This document shows, one piece after another, positions 11,088-21,183 of a stretch of 64,000 nucleotides of DNA. The notes under the pieces are model-generated. The model was given only the letters and a program-made list of their open reading frames with translations. It was not told where the DNA came from and made no database searches. The position numbers were made by a program, and so were the translations under genes. Each line of letters begins with the position of its first letter. Position 1 is the stretch's first letter. Origin of the DNA: Planktothrix sp. GU0601_MAG3 (lineage in GTDB: Bacteria; Cyanobacteriota; Cyanobacteriia; Cyanobacteriales; Microcoleaceae). The DNA lies in contig CP136572.1 of assembly GCA_035193785.1 (NCBI GenBank), positions 576,001 to 640,000 of the forward strand. Direction: 5' to 3'.

Positions 11088-11503
11088 CGGAAAAATGGGT
11101 TTAAAACCCCGTCCTAGAAGGACGGCTTTATATTGGGTTGTTAGTTCAAATCTAATTGTGCTACCATTTCTGGTAACACCGAAAGGTAAACAACCTGTCT
11201 AAAAACCTAGTATGCCTAACGGCAAAACACTGAACCTTGACAACTGAATCTATAGGGTTCTGCTGCACAGTTCTAGTTTCCCCCAGCAGTGGGTAAAAGA
11301 TTCTTGGGAGCTAGGCAACCAGTTTTTTGAAGCAAATTTGTTTCAAGCTAAAAAAGAACTCGCAGTCATGCGAATAGGGTAGGGCATACCCGAATTTACG
11401 CTTGGGGAGAATCCCACCTCTGGTTAAAGCACTGCAAGGTACTTTGATTAAGTGGTTTCGTTGAACCAAGAATCCGCACGCCAGAAGGCACCGGGAGTGT
11501 CAA
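11088..11503 (+). mobile_element. Non-autonomous IS200/IS605-family element (no tnpA; only a tnpB 3' tail and omega-RNA-like right end)
   Basis: Left-end hairpin ccgtcctagaaggacgg; tail reading NRVGHTRIYAWGE; right end ttgaaccaagaatcc...gggagtgTCAA; no TSD; preceded by TTAT; joining the flanks rebuilds an in-frame ATG. Confidence 0.85.
11138..11167 (+). promoter_or_regulatory. Putative sigma70 promoter inside the IS605-derived element
   Basis: TTGTTA-18nt-TACCAT with extended TG. Confidence 0.45.
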
Positions 11504-11570
11504 GCCATCACCTATTCTATCCCACTGGATTGACCTAAAAAAAAATAGTCGTAAATTCCTGTTCCCCGCT

Positions 11571-12578
11571 TTGGGTATTATTGCCCTGATCTTGATTTTA
11601 CAGCTAGGGAAATATTTTCGTACCCCGACCCCGCCCCAAAATTCCTCAATTTATCAACCCCTAACCGAAATTCCCGCCACCGCCCAAAAAGTCACCGTTG
11701 GGGTTTATGCTCAAAATATTTATGAACTGAATGCTTCGAGTAATACCTATTATCTGGATTTCTATTTATGGTTACGTTGGAAAGGCAAAATTGACCCCAT
11801 TGCTAACTTAGAATTTATGAACGGTGTTGAAGACTGGGGAAGAATCATCGAACCCGCTTATACTGAACCCAAAAAGCTCAAAGATGGCAGTTTATATCAA
11901 ATTATGCGGGTAGAAAGTCGATTTCGAGAACCCTTTGAATTTTCCCGTTATCCCCTACATGAACAACGGTTAGGGGTAACAATTGAAAATGCCGTTTATC
12001 CATTAAATCAGTTAGTCTATATCGCAGATACAAAAGAATCCGGTTATGCCGCCGATTTAACCGTTCCCGGATGGAAAATTAGAAATTCTCAAATTCTGAG
12101 TTTATCCCATCCCTATCCTTCTAATTTTGGCGATTTAGACGAAGGAAAAAATAACTCGATTTATTCTACCCTACGGTTTGAAATGCACATTTCCCGTCCT
12201 CTGAGTTTCTTTACCTGGAAATTATTACTCCCCTTATTTGTCGTCTTGTTTTCTAGTTGGGGTTCCTTATTACTTTATCCCATTTATATTGACTCTCGAA
12301 TTATTCTTCCCGTCACCGCTTTATTAACGATTGTATTTCTGCAACAATCCTATTCCGATGCTTTACCCGATGTGGGCTATTTGGTTTTATTAGATAAAAT
12401 CTATGCCCTAGTCTATGTTTTAATTATTGCCGGAATTTTAGAAACTATTATTACCGCAGATTGGATCAAAAGTGAACATCCCGAATCCATTGTCCGAGTC
12501 AAAAAAATTGACCGATGGTTTTTAATCGCAAATATCGTGATTTTATCGGGGGGAATGATCCTGTTTTTACTATTCTAA
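11571..12578 (+). CDS. Prokaryotic pentameric ligand-gated ion channel (GLIC/ELIC-like); native start codon interrupted
   Basis: VTVGVY...YYLDFYLWLRW, Pro-loop FSRYPLHEQ, GWKI, ISRP...KLLLPL (M1), VTALLT (M2), LPDVGYLVLLDK (M2-M3); four C-terminal TM helices; frame stays open back to 11505. Confidence 0.85.
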   Translation: MGIIALILILQLGKYFRTPTPPQNSSIYQPLTEIPATAQKVTVGVYAQNIYELNASSNTYYLDFYLWLRWKGKIDPIANLEFMNGVEDWGRIIEPAYTEPKKLKDGSLYQIMRVESRFREPFEFSRYPLHEQRLGVTIENAVYPLNQLVYIADTKESGYAADLTVPGWKIRNSQILSLSHPYPSNFGDLDEGKNNSIYSTLRFEMHISRPLSFFTWKLLLPLFVVLFSSWGSLLLYPIYIDSRIILPVTALLTIVFLQQSYSDALPDVGYLVLLDKIYALVYVLIIAGILETIITADWIKSEHPESIVRVKKIDRWFLIANIVILSGGMILFLLF

Positions 12579-12669
12579 AATCAAGGATTCTGTTGGTTGG
12601 GTTTCTCGAAGTTTAACCCAACCATTTTTTTCTGTGGGTTTAATTTTGTTACAGATTAGTTACAAATTC

Positions 12670-12790
12670 AATCATTTGATTGAAATTAAAAACATTAAAA
12701 AACTTCAATTCGATGGCAAATATTATCGAATTAGAGTAGGTGACTACAGAATTGGTATGGCTTTAGAACAAGATTCTATTTATTCAATTA
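12670..12790 (+). pseudogene. RelE/ParE toxin fragment
   Basis: IKKLQ...YYRIRVGDYRIG core motif without a proper N- or C-terminus. Confidence 0.6.
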
Positions 12791-13058
12791 GATCAAGTAA
12801 ATCCTTATATCCATGACGTTTTTTGATTTCAGAGCGAACTTCTTGGAGCTTTTCAAAAGCAAGTTTTTTAGCGGCTTCTAGCAAGGCAATAATTTGTTCT
12901 CTACTAACAGTGGGAAATCCATCTAAAAAATCATTAATAGACTCTCCCGCCTCTAAATAGTCAAATAGCGTTTGTATGGGAACTCTCGTCCCGACAAAGA
13001 CTGGAGTTCCTCCCATGATTTCCGTGGATATACTAATCACCGAGAAATTCTTAGACAT
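12780..13058 (-). CDS. DUF433-family protein (putative antitoxin)
   Basis: IMGGTPVFVGTRVPIQTLFDYLEAGESINDFLDGFPTV. Confidence 0.85.
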   Translation of the reverse strand: MSKNFSVISISTEIMGGTPVFVGTRVPIQTLFDYLEAGESINDFLDGFPTVSREQIIALLEAAKKLAFEKLQEVRSEIKKRHGYKDLLDLIE

Positions 13059-13258
13059 AGGGGTTGTGAATTAGTTAATATTAATCGTTTAGATAGAGAT
13101 TTATTTTCTAGTTTAACCATTTTTACCCGGATTGGGTGCGATCGCTTACAATTAAACTAACTCCATCATCTTTCACCCCTCTAAATAATAACCAATAAAA
13201 AAAAACCCAATTTCTTCAAGAAATCAGGTTGATGAAATCACTAATATTTGATGATTAA

Positions 13259-14855
13259 CTAATTACCAATTTTAGGCGCGGTCAGAGAAATTAATTTCCA
13301 TTGACTCGTTTTAACTTCTGGCTTTTGCGCCAAAGTTGGCACAGAATTGCGTATTAATGCCGTTAACTGTGTGGTTGTAGAATCATACATTTGGGTTAAT
13401 ATTTTCGGATATAACCCAATACCAATAATCGGCACTAATAAACAGGCAATGATGAACACTTCCCGGGGTTTCTGCATCTACCAGATTCTCCTGTTCCGCT
13501 AACTCTTTATTTTCCGGGCCGTAGAGAATTTCACGCAACATTGAGAGCAAATAAATCGGAGTTAAAATCACTCCAATGGCTGCTAATAAAATCACGATCA
13601 CCTTAAATGTCGAGTTATAGGCATCGCTAGTGGCAAACCCAATAAATACCATTAATTCTGCCACAAATCCACTCATCCCAGGTAAGGCTAGGGATGCCAT
13701 ACTACAGGCTGTCCACATGGCGAAGACCTTTTTCATCTTGACGCCAACGCCGCCCATTTCATCCAACATTAAGGTATGGGTGCGGTCGTAGGTACAGCCA
13801 ACTAAAAAGAACAAACTCGCCCCAATTAACCCGTGGGAAACCATTTGTAACATCGCCCCACTCATACCAATATCGGTGAAGGATGCCATCCCAATTAACA
13901 CAAACCCCATGTGGGAAATTGAGGAATAGGCAATTTTGCGTTTCAGGTTTCTTTGGGCAAAGGAGGTAAAGGCGGCATAGACAATATTAACCACCCCCAA
14001 AATTACTAAAATCGGAGCAAAGACCGCATGGGCATCGGGTAACATTCCGACGTTCATTCTTAGTAACGCATATCCCCCCATTTTTAACAGAATTCCTGCT
14101 AGTAACATATGGGCGGGAGCCGTGGCTTCTCCGTGGGCATCAGGGAGCCAAGTATGGAGGGGAAAAATGGGTAATTTCACCCCGTAAGCTATTAGGAAAC
14201 CGCCATATAATAGCAGTTGCAAATTCAGGGGATAATGTTTAGAAGCGATCGCCTGCATATCAAAGGTGACGGTATCTCCAAAGAATGCCATGGCTAAAGC
14301 ACCGACCAAAATAAATAGCGAACCTCCTGCTGTATAAAGAATAAATTTGGTAGCGGCATAGAGGCGTTTTTTTCCACCCCAAATTGATAGAATTAGGTAA
14401 ACTGGAACTAATTCCAATTCCCATACTAAAAAGAACAGCAACATATCCTGAACGGCAAATACGGCAATCTGTCCGCCGTACATTAATAACATCAGGAAAT
14501 AGAATAATTTGGGTTTTAGGGTGACCGGCCAAGCGGCTAAAGTCGCTAAAGTGGTGATAAATCCGGTCAAAATAATTAAGGGCATTGATAACCCATCCGC
14601 CCCTACAGACCAATTTAAGTCTATTTGGGGAACCCAAGTATATCTTTCTACCAGTTGTAACCCTGGGGTCTGGAAATCGTATCCCGTATTAAAGCCATAA
14701 ATGAGGATGGCAAAGTTAATTAGCCCCACAATTAAAGCGTACCATCTTACCGTTTTTCCATCTTTGTCAGGAATAATTGGAATCAGTAAGGCGGCGATAA
14801 TGGGAAATAAGATGGTAATGGTTAGCCAAGGAAAGTGTTCCATTATGTTAAGCAC
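13259..14855 (-). CDS. ndhD: NDH-1 subunit NdhD1; +1 at ~13470
   Basis: [41 protein letters not shown]; corrected VDAEPREV. Confidence 0.93.
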
Positions 14856-14884
14856 TGAATGAAGGAATGAAAATTAAGCTATGG

Positions 14885-15051
14885 CAGGGAGTAGGGGGAG
14901 TAGGGGAGCAGGGGGAGTAGGGGAGCAGGGGGGGGCAGGGGGGCAGGGGGAGCAGGGGAGCAGGGGGAGCAGGGGAGAAGGGGAGAAGGGGGAGCAGGGG
15001 GGCAGGGGGGCAGGGGGGGCAGGGGAGCAGGGGGGGCAGGGGAGCAGGGGA
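14885..15051. repeat. G-rich 8-9-mer tandem tract (GGGGAGCA/GGGGGCA variants)
   Basis: About 18 degenerate units between ndhF1 and ndhD1. Confidence 0.9.
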
Positions 15052-15065
15052 GGTAAACTCTTTTT

Positions 15066-15125
15066 ATTACCCATTACCCATTACCCATTACCCATTACCC
15101 ATTACCCATTACCCATTACCCATTC
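15066..15125. repeat. Heptamer tandem repeat (CCCATTA)n
   Basis: About 8 copies, same unit as at 10076. Confidence 0.95.
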
Positions 15126-15136
15126 GTAATTCCCTC

Positions 15137-17193
15137 TTACCCAGTAATTCCTGAGAAGACAACGAAGCCAAGAAACGGCCACAAATACAATCAGGGCGTA
15201 GAATTGGGCGCGACCATTTTCTAGGTATTTTAAGCCCTCTCCGGTGACTAGGGTGACTAACCCGGTGAGGTTAACGGCACCATCGACAACGCGATAATCA
15301 ACTTCCATCACTTGTCGCGCTAACCGACGACTCCCCCGAACAAATAGCACTTCGTTAATATCATCGAGATACCATTTGTTTTTGGAAAAATTGTAAAGGG
15401 CTGGATATTTGGCAGCGATCGCCACGGGGTCAATTTTACCCGCCAAATACATTAAATAGGCAACACTAATTCCTATTAAAGCAATACCAACGGAACTTCC
15501 AGCCATAATTAAAAATTCCGTTAATTCAAATTCAGCCAGATGTTCCTGAACCTGTTTCAAACTTTCCCCAGGGGCATGAATAAACCGTTCAAAAATATTA
15601 TTAAACGGAGTTCCTACCAACCCAATAAATACTGAAGGAACCGCTAATACCATTAACGGTAAAATCATGGTAATTGGGGATTCATGGGGATCGTGGCTAT
15701 GGCCATGATCGTCGCCGTGGGCTAACTCGTCCGGGTTCATCGCCCCGGGGCCAAAGGCAAATTGGGGGCCATTAGCTTCCGATAACAGATTTTGTTGAAT
15801 GGTGGTGTCATTCCCTCGGAATTTGCCTTCAAAGGTCATAAAATACATTCGGAACATATAGAAGGCAGTCATTCCGGCCGTTAACCAACCGACTAACCAT
15901 AATATCGGGTTAGCAGCAAAGGCATTACTGAGAATTTCATCCTTTGACCAGAAACCCGCAAAGGGCGGAATACCACAAATTGCTAAGGTTCCCACCAGGA
16001 AACAAGCGGAGGTGACGGGCATATATTTGCGTAACCCGCCCATCAGACGCATATCTTGGGCCAAAACGGGTTCATGGCCAACCACGCCTTCCATCCCGTG
16101 TATCACCGAACCGGAACACAGGAATAACATGGCTTTAAAATAGGCGTGGGTCATCAGGTGGAATAGTCCGGCACTGTAGGCTCCCACCCCCATGGCCATC
16201 ACCATGTAACCCAATTGGGAAATCGTCGAATAGGCTAACCCTTTTTTAATGTCATTTTGGGTTAAGGCGATCGTGGCCCCCAGGAAGGCGGTAAAGCATC
16301 CGGTAAAGGCAATAATATTCATCACGATCGGCAACCCTTCAAATACGGGGTACATCCGGGCGACTAAGAACACTCCGGCGGCCACCATCGTGGCGGCGTG
16401 AATTAGGGCAGAAATGGGCGTAGGGCCTTCCATGGCGTCGGGAAGCCAAACGTGCAGGGGAAATTGAGCCGACTTAGCAACGGGGCCAAGGAAAATTAAT
16501 ACCCCTAAGAGGGTGGCTAAGGCGACACTGAGGGAACCCATTTCTACAGACTGTTCCAGCCGTTCTCCCATTAATTCAAAATCAAAGGTATTGGTGGCCC
16601 AATAGATGCCTAATATTCCCAAAAGTAAACCGAAGTCCCCAACTCGGTTGGTGACAAAGGCCTTCTGGCAAGCATCGGCGGCGGGTTTGCGGTCATACCA
16701 GAACCCAATTAACAGGTAGGAACACATCCCCACCAGTTTCCCAGAAAATATAAACCTGAATCAAGTTCGGGCAAATTACTAGCCCCAACATTGAAGAACT
16801 AAATAAACTCAGATAGGCATAAAAGCGTACATATCCGGGATCGTGGGCCATGTAACCATCGGTGTAAATCATCACGAGGAAAGCCACCGTGGTCACAATA
16901 GCCAGCATCACCGCGGCTAAATGGTCAATGGTATAACCCATTGTTAGTCTGAAGTCCCCGGCCGCTGCCCAATCAATAATTTTGCTGTAAGGGGCATGAC
17001 CGTTGAGTTGACTCCAAAGCAGGGCAAAGGATAAGACCATTGACGCCCCCAACAGGGAGACGAGAAAGGTTGAACAAACCTGTCTCAAATTGTTAGTGGC
17101 GGTGTTGAAAGAAATTAGCCCGACCCCAACCAGGGTTGCACCTAATAGGGGCAACACGGGAATTAACCAGGCGTATTGATAGAGAGGTTCCAT
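15137..17193 (-). CDS. ndhF: NDH-1 subunit NdhF1; +1 at ~16738 and ~15173
   Basis: MEPLYQYAWLIPVLP, KSAQFPLHVWLPDAMEGPTPISALIHAATMV; corrected IFWELVGMCSY and end AVLGFVVFSGITG*. Confidence 0.93.
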
Positions 17194-17593
17194 AACTATG
17201 TCAACTTTATAGTTCTTAATGAACTTGCCAAAACTGTTGATAATTTTGACATAGAGTATGAACCTTATGGGTAAAAATTCCTGAAATCTTTCTTAGGAAG
17301 TCACCGAAACCATAGGTTTAGGACTACCTTCGGGGGATTGTACCACACACAAATCCCCGTGGTTCTGGGCTTGTAGCCGATTTCAATTTCTTTGTATGTT
17401 TATCTGCTCCATCACGAATTAACTGGACGAGATGACATTTGATCAACCCTGACTACTGCTTGAAACAATTCCTTTAGCAAATTGTTAAATATTATTTAAA
17501 AACCCCGCGAATTATCTCGAAAAAAATATTCCCAAGCTAGAGCCTGGGAATCAAAAAACGGGACAGTATTAATTAATTACGGTAAAAAGCCCA

Positions 17594-17974
17594 TCAAACT
17601 TCTAAAGGTAAAACTTCTTGGGTTTGACGGGTGGGTTGTAAACTCGGATAATTGACCATAAAACTATCAAGGCGACGGCGTAAATCTTCTCGACCTTGAA
17701 AATGTTCGAGCCGATATAAAACCTGACCTCGATCAAAAATAATTAATGTTGGTAAAGTTTGGAGGCGATAGGTACTCGCTAACTTTAAACTTTGATCCGC
17801 ATTCACACCCACTAGCTTGATTGTGCCTCGCCAGTCCTCCTGGAATTGACGCAGTTGAGGCATAATTAGCTTACACAGTCCACACCAAGGTGCCCAAAAA
17901 TGCACTAAAACCGGAGAAGAAGATTCCAGAACTTCTTGAGTAAACATCTGCTCATTGACCGACAATAGCATCAT
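17594..17974 (-). CDS. trxC: Atypical cyanobacterial thioredoxin TrxC
   Basis: WCGLC active site in a thioredoxin fold; position next to ndhF1/NnrU. Confidence 0.75.
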   Translation of the reverse strand: MMLLSVNEQMFTQEVLESSSPVLVHFWAPWCGLCKLIMPQLRQFQEDWRGTIKLVGVNADQSLKLASTYRLQTLPTLIIFDRGQVLYRLEHFQGREDLRRRLDSFMVNYPSLQPTRQTQEVLPLEV

Positions 17975-18019
17975 CTCTCAAATTTTATTAATCCGTGTTT
18001 TTATATCCTTGGGATCATG

Positions 18020-18754
18020 CTACCAGTCTATGTTACCTGTTGCACTAATTAATAGGGGATGAATTTGCCAGAGTAACAGGATAAAAATACCGACTCCTAA
18101 ATAAGCCCATCGGAAAAACTCTTTCAATTCAAGGGTTTGGCGACCTTGGGCGATCGCTAAAAATGGCAGCACTGAGGTGCGAGATCTCATGGTTTCAAAG
18201 GATTTGCCATAACGGGCTAATAAACGGCGATCGCCATGCCATACAGCAAATAAGTGATGCAAGATCAACCCCAGGGAGGTTAACAGGGTGAAACTCGTCC
18301 CCAACCAGAGGGTATGACCCACACACCAAATCACTTGACCCACCATTTGCGGATGTCTGGTAATGCGGATAATTCCGGTTTCATACAGATGGACTTCCGG
18401 TTTCTGAATAGCCGCAATTTCTAACAAATTAAAAGTGGCTGGATAGAGAAAAACAAATGAAATGGCGGATAAGATCCAAACAATGGGTTTAACAACAACC
18501 ACATCCTGCACCATCCAAAGTTGTAATCCATCGTAACGATGATTAAAAAAATAGATAATCAGAATGGTGGCTGACGGGATGCTTACCAAAGCAAATAAAA
18601 TTCTATAGGCCCTAGCCCCAATTTTCGCTTCTCCCCAGGGTCGCAAGGCTGCTAAACCACTATGGGCGATCGCAAACCCCAAAAGTAAACCCAAGATGAC
18701 AAAATGGCTAGATGTTAGCCAATGCTCAAACATTTTGATCTTTTCTCCAATCAT
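18020..18754 (-). CDS. NnrU-family membrane protein (15-cis-zeta-carotene isomerase, Z-ISO-like)
   Basis: HSGLAALRP, HRYDG, ETGIIRITRHPQMVGQ, WHGDRRL. Confidence 0.85.
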   Translation of the reverse strand: MIGEKIKMFEHWLTSSHFVILGLLLGFAIAHSGLAALRPWGEAKIGARAYRILFALVSIPSATILIIYFFNHRYDGLQLWMVQDVVVVKPIVWILSAISFVFLYPATFNLLEIAAIQKPEVHLYETGIIRITRHPQMVGQVIWCVGHTLWLGTSFTLLTSLGLILHHLFAVWHGDRRLLARYGKSFETMRSRTSVLPFLAIAQGRQTLELKEFFRWAYLGVGIFILLLWQIHPLLISATGNIDW

Positions 18755-18952
18755 AAAGTTAATTTTAATTAGCCTTCATCGTTGCAGTATGCTGAAAGAA
18801 CTAATCACGGATTAAAACGGATTAACGCGAATTGACGCGGATTACATTCCCTACTTCGCTCAATATTTATCTGATCCGAAGCAAGGAACGGAATCTGTGG
18901 AATCCTCTCAATCCGTGTTAATCCGTGATTGATTTTACCGAGGTTGAGGAAT

Positions 18953-19942
18953 ATGTCTGACCTTCCATTTACTTTAGATCAGTTACGCATTCTGAAAGCG
19001 ATCGCGGCTGAGGGTAGCTTCAAACGCGCTGCTGATAGTCTTTATGTCTCCCAACCTGCCGTTAGTCTTCAGGTGCAAAACCTAGAAAGACAGTTGAATG
19101 TGCCACTGTTTGACCGAGGGGGACGTCGCGCCCAACTCACCGAAGCGGGTCATCTGCTCCTGAGTTATGGTGAAAAAATTCTCTCCCTATGTCAAGAAAC
19201 CTGTCGCGCCATTGAGGATTTACAAAATTTGCGCGGGGGAACTTTAATTATTGGCGCGTCTCAAACCACCGGAACCTATATGTTACCCCGGATGATTGGG
19301 TTATTTCGAGAAAAATATCCCGATGTTTCGGTACAGTTACACGTTCATTCCACCCGGCGCACCGCTTGGAGTGTGGTGAATGGACAAATTGACCTAGCCA
19401 TTGTCGGGGGGGAAATTGCCCCGGAGTTGACGTCCGCTTTAGAAATTGTTCCCTATGCGGAGGATGAACTGGCGTTAATTGTTCCCACATCCCATGAATT
19501 TTCCCAGCGAGAAACCATTCGCAAAGAGGATTTATACTCATTAAAATTTATTAGTTTGGATGCTCAATCAACCATTCGGAAAGTCATTGATCAAGTTTTA
19601 ACCCGTTGTGGAATTGATACCACCCATCTGCAATTAGAAATGGAACTCAGTTCGATTGAAGCGATTAAAAATGCAGTTCAATCGGGGTTGGGAGTCGCCT
19701 TTGTTTCCACCTCAGCGATTGAAAAAGAGTTGCAAATGGGGGTACTGCAAAGGGTTAAAATTGATCAGGTGATTGTCAAACGGACATTATCGGTGATTTA
19801 TAATCCGAATCGCTATCGATCCAAGGCAGCCGAGGCATTTACAAATGAAATTTTACCCAAGTTTGCCAGCCCCGATTTTAACAAACATAGTATTGATGTT
19901 CAATACCCAACTGAATACACGGCTTTACCTTTATCAGATTGA
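18953..19942 (+). CDS. rbcR: LysR regulator, RbcR/Ycf30 type, copy 1
   Basis: [58 protein letters not shown]. Confidence 0.85.
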   Translation: MSDLPFTLDQLRILKAIAAEGSFKRAADSLYVSQPAVSLQVQNLERQLNVPLFDRGGRRAQLTEAGHLLLSYGEKILSLCQETCRAIEDLQNLRGGTLIIGASQTTGTYMLPRMIGLFREKYPDVSVQLHVHSTRRTAWSVVNGQIDLAIVGGEIAPELTSALEIVPYAEDELALIVPTSHEFSQRETIRKEDLYSLKFISLDAQSTIRKVIDQVLTRCGIDTTHLQLEMELSSIEAIKNAVQSGLGVAFVSTSAIEKELQMGVLQRVKIDQVIVKRTLSVIYNPNRYRSKAAEAFTNEILPKFASPDFNKHSIDVQYPTEYTALPLSD

Positions 19943-20039
19943 TTTCACTAAGTTTTTTTACCATTGAGGTTAAAATTATCTAAAATAATCTGACTGATTT
20001 TCGATTCTATTTTTACTCAATTCTTTACCCACTCTCACA

Positions 20040-21075
20040 ATGACAGATGTTCCTTTTACCTTAGATCAATTACGCATTCTCAAAGCGATCGCAACTGAGG
20101 GAAGTTTTAAGCGGGCGGCGGATAGTTTATATGTTTCCCAGCCCGCTATTAGTTTACAAGTCCAAAATTTAGAACGACAGTTAAGTGTTCCTTTATTTGA
20201 TCGAGGAGGACGCAGAGCTAAATTAACAGAAGCCGGACATCTGTTATTAAATTATGGCGAAAAAATCTTGAGTTTATGTCAGGAAACCTGCCGCGCCATT
20301 GAGGATTTACAAAATCTGCAAGGGGGAACCTTAATTGTCGGTGCTTCCCAAACTACCGGAAACCTATTTACTCCCTCGGATGATTGGTTTATTTCGAGAA
20401 AAATATCCCGATGTGGCGGTGCAACTGCACGTTCATTCGACTCGACGCACCGCTTGGAGTGTGGCAAATGGACAAATTGATTTAGCTATTGTTGGGGGGG
20501 AAGTACCACCGGAATTGCAAGATGCTTTGACGATTCAACCCTATATTGAAGATGAATTAGCCTTAATCATTTCCCCTTCCCATCCCTTTGCCAAATTAGA
20601 CAAAATTCAAAAAGAAGACTTGTATCAACTTGACTTTATTTCTTTAGATTATCAGTCTACAATTCGTAAAGTTATTGATCAAGTTTTAACCCGAGCAGAG
20701 ATCGATCCTCGCTGTTTGAAAGTTGAAATGGAGTTAAATTCCATTGAAGCAATTAAAAATACGGTACAAGCCGGATTAGGGGCTGCTTTTGTTTCGACTT
20801 CAGCCATTGAAAAAGAATTAGAAATGAAGGTTTTACATCGGATGGTGATTGAAGATGTTGTGGTGAAACGAATGCTTTCAGTCATTGTTAACCATAATCG
20901 CTATCAGTCCAAGGCATCTGAGGCTTTTAGTCGAGATATTTTACCCTTATTTACATCCCAAAATTGGACATTAAACACCCATAGTTTTTCCCAAAATTCT
21001 TCTAAAAAACCGATTAATATTGAGACGTTTATTTCTCCTACAGATTTTGAAGATACTCAAAACTTAGAACCTTAA
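20040..21075 (+). CDS. rbcR: LysR regulator, RbcR/Ycf30 type, copy 2; +1 at ~20361
   Basis: Near-identical HTH to copy 1; fragments join as SQTTGTYLLPR. Confidence 0.8.
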
Positions 21076-21183
21076 ACCCAGAAAAATAAAGTAGGTGATA
21101 ACTTGATATTCTGTTAATTTTCTTAATCCTAAACCTTCAAAACTATGAAACTAAAATTTTAATATTTTATTGGCAGCAACACT

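Noticed and set aside
14874..15129. ORFs 14874-15074 and 14881-15129
   Set aside because: Low-complexity translations of the G-rich and heptamer repeats
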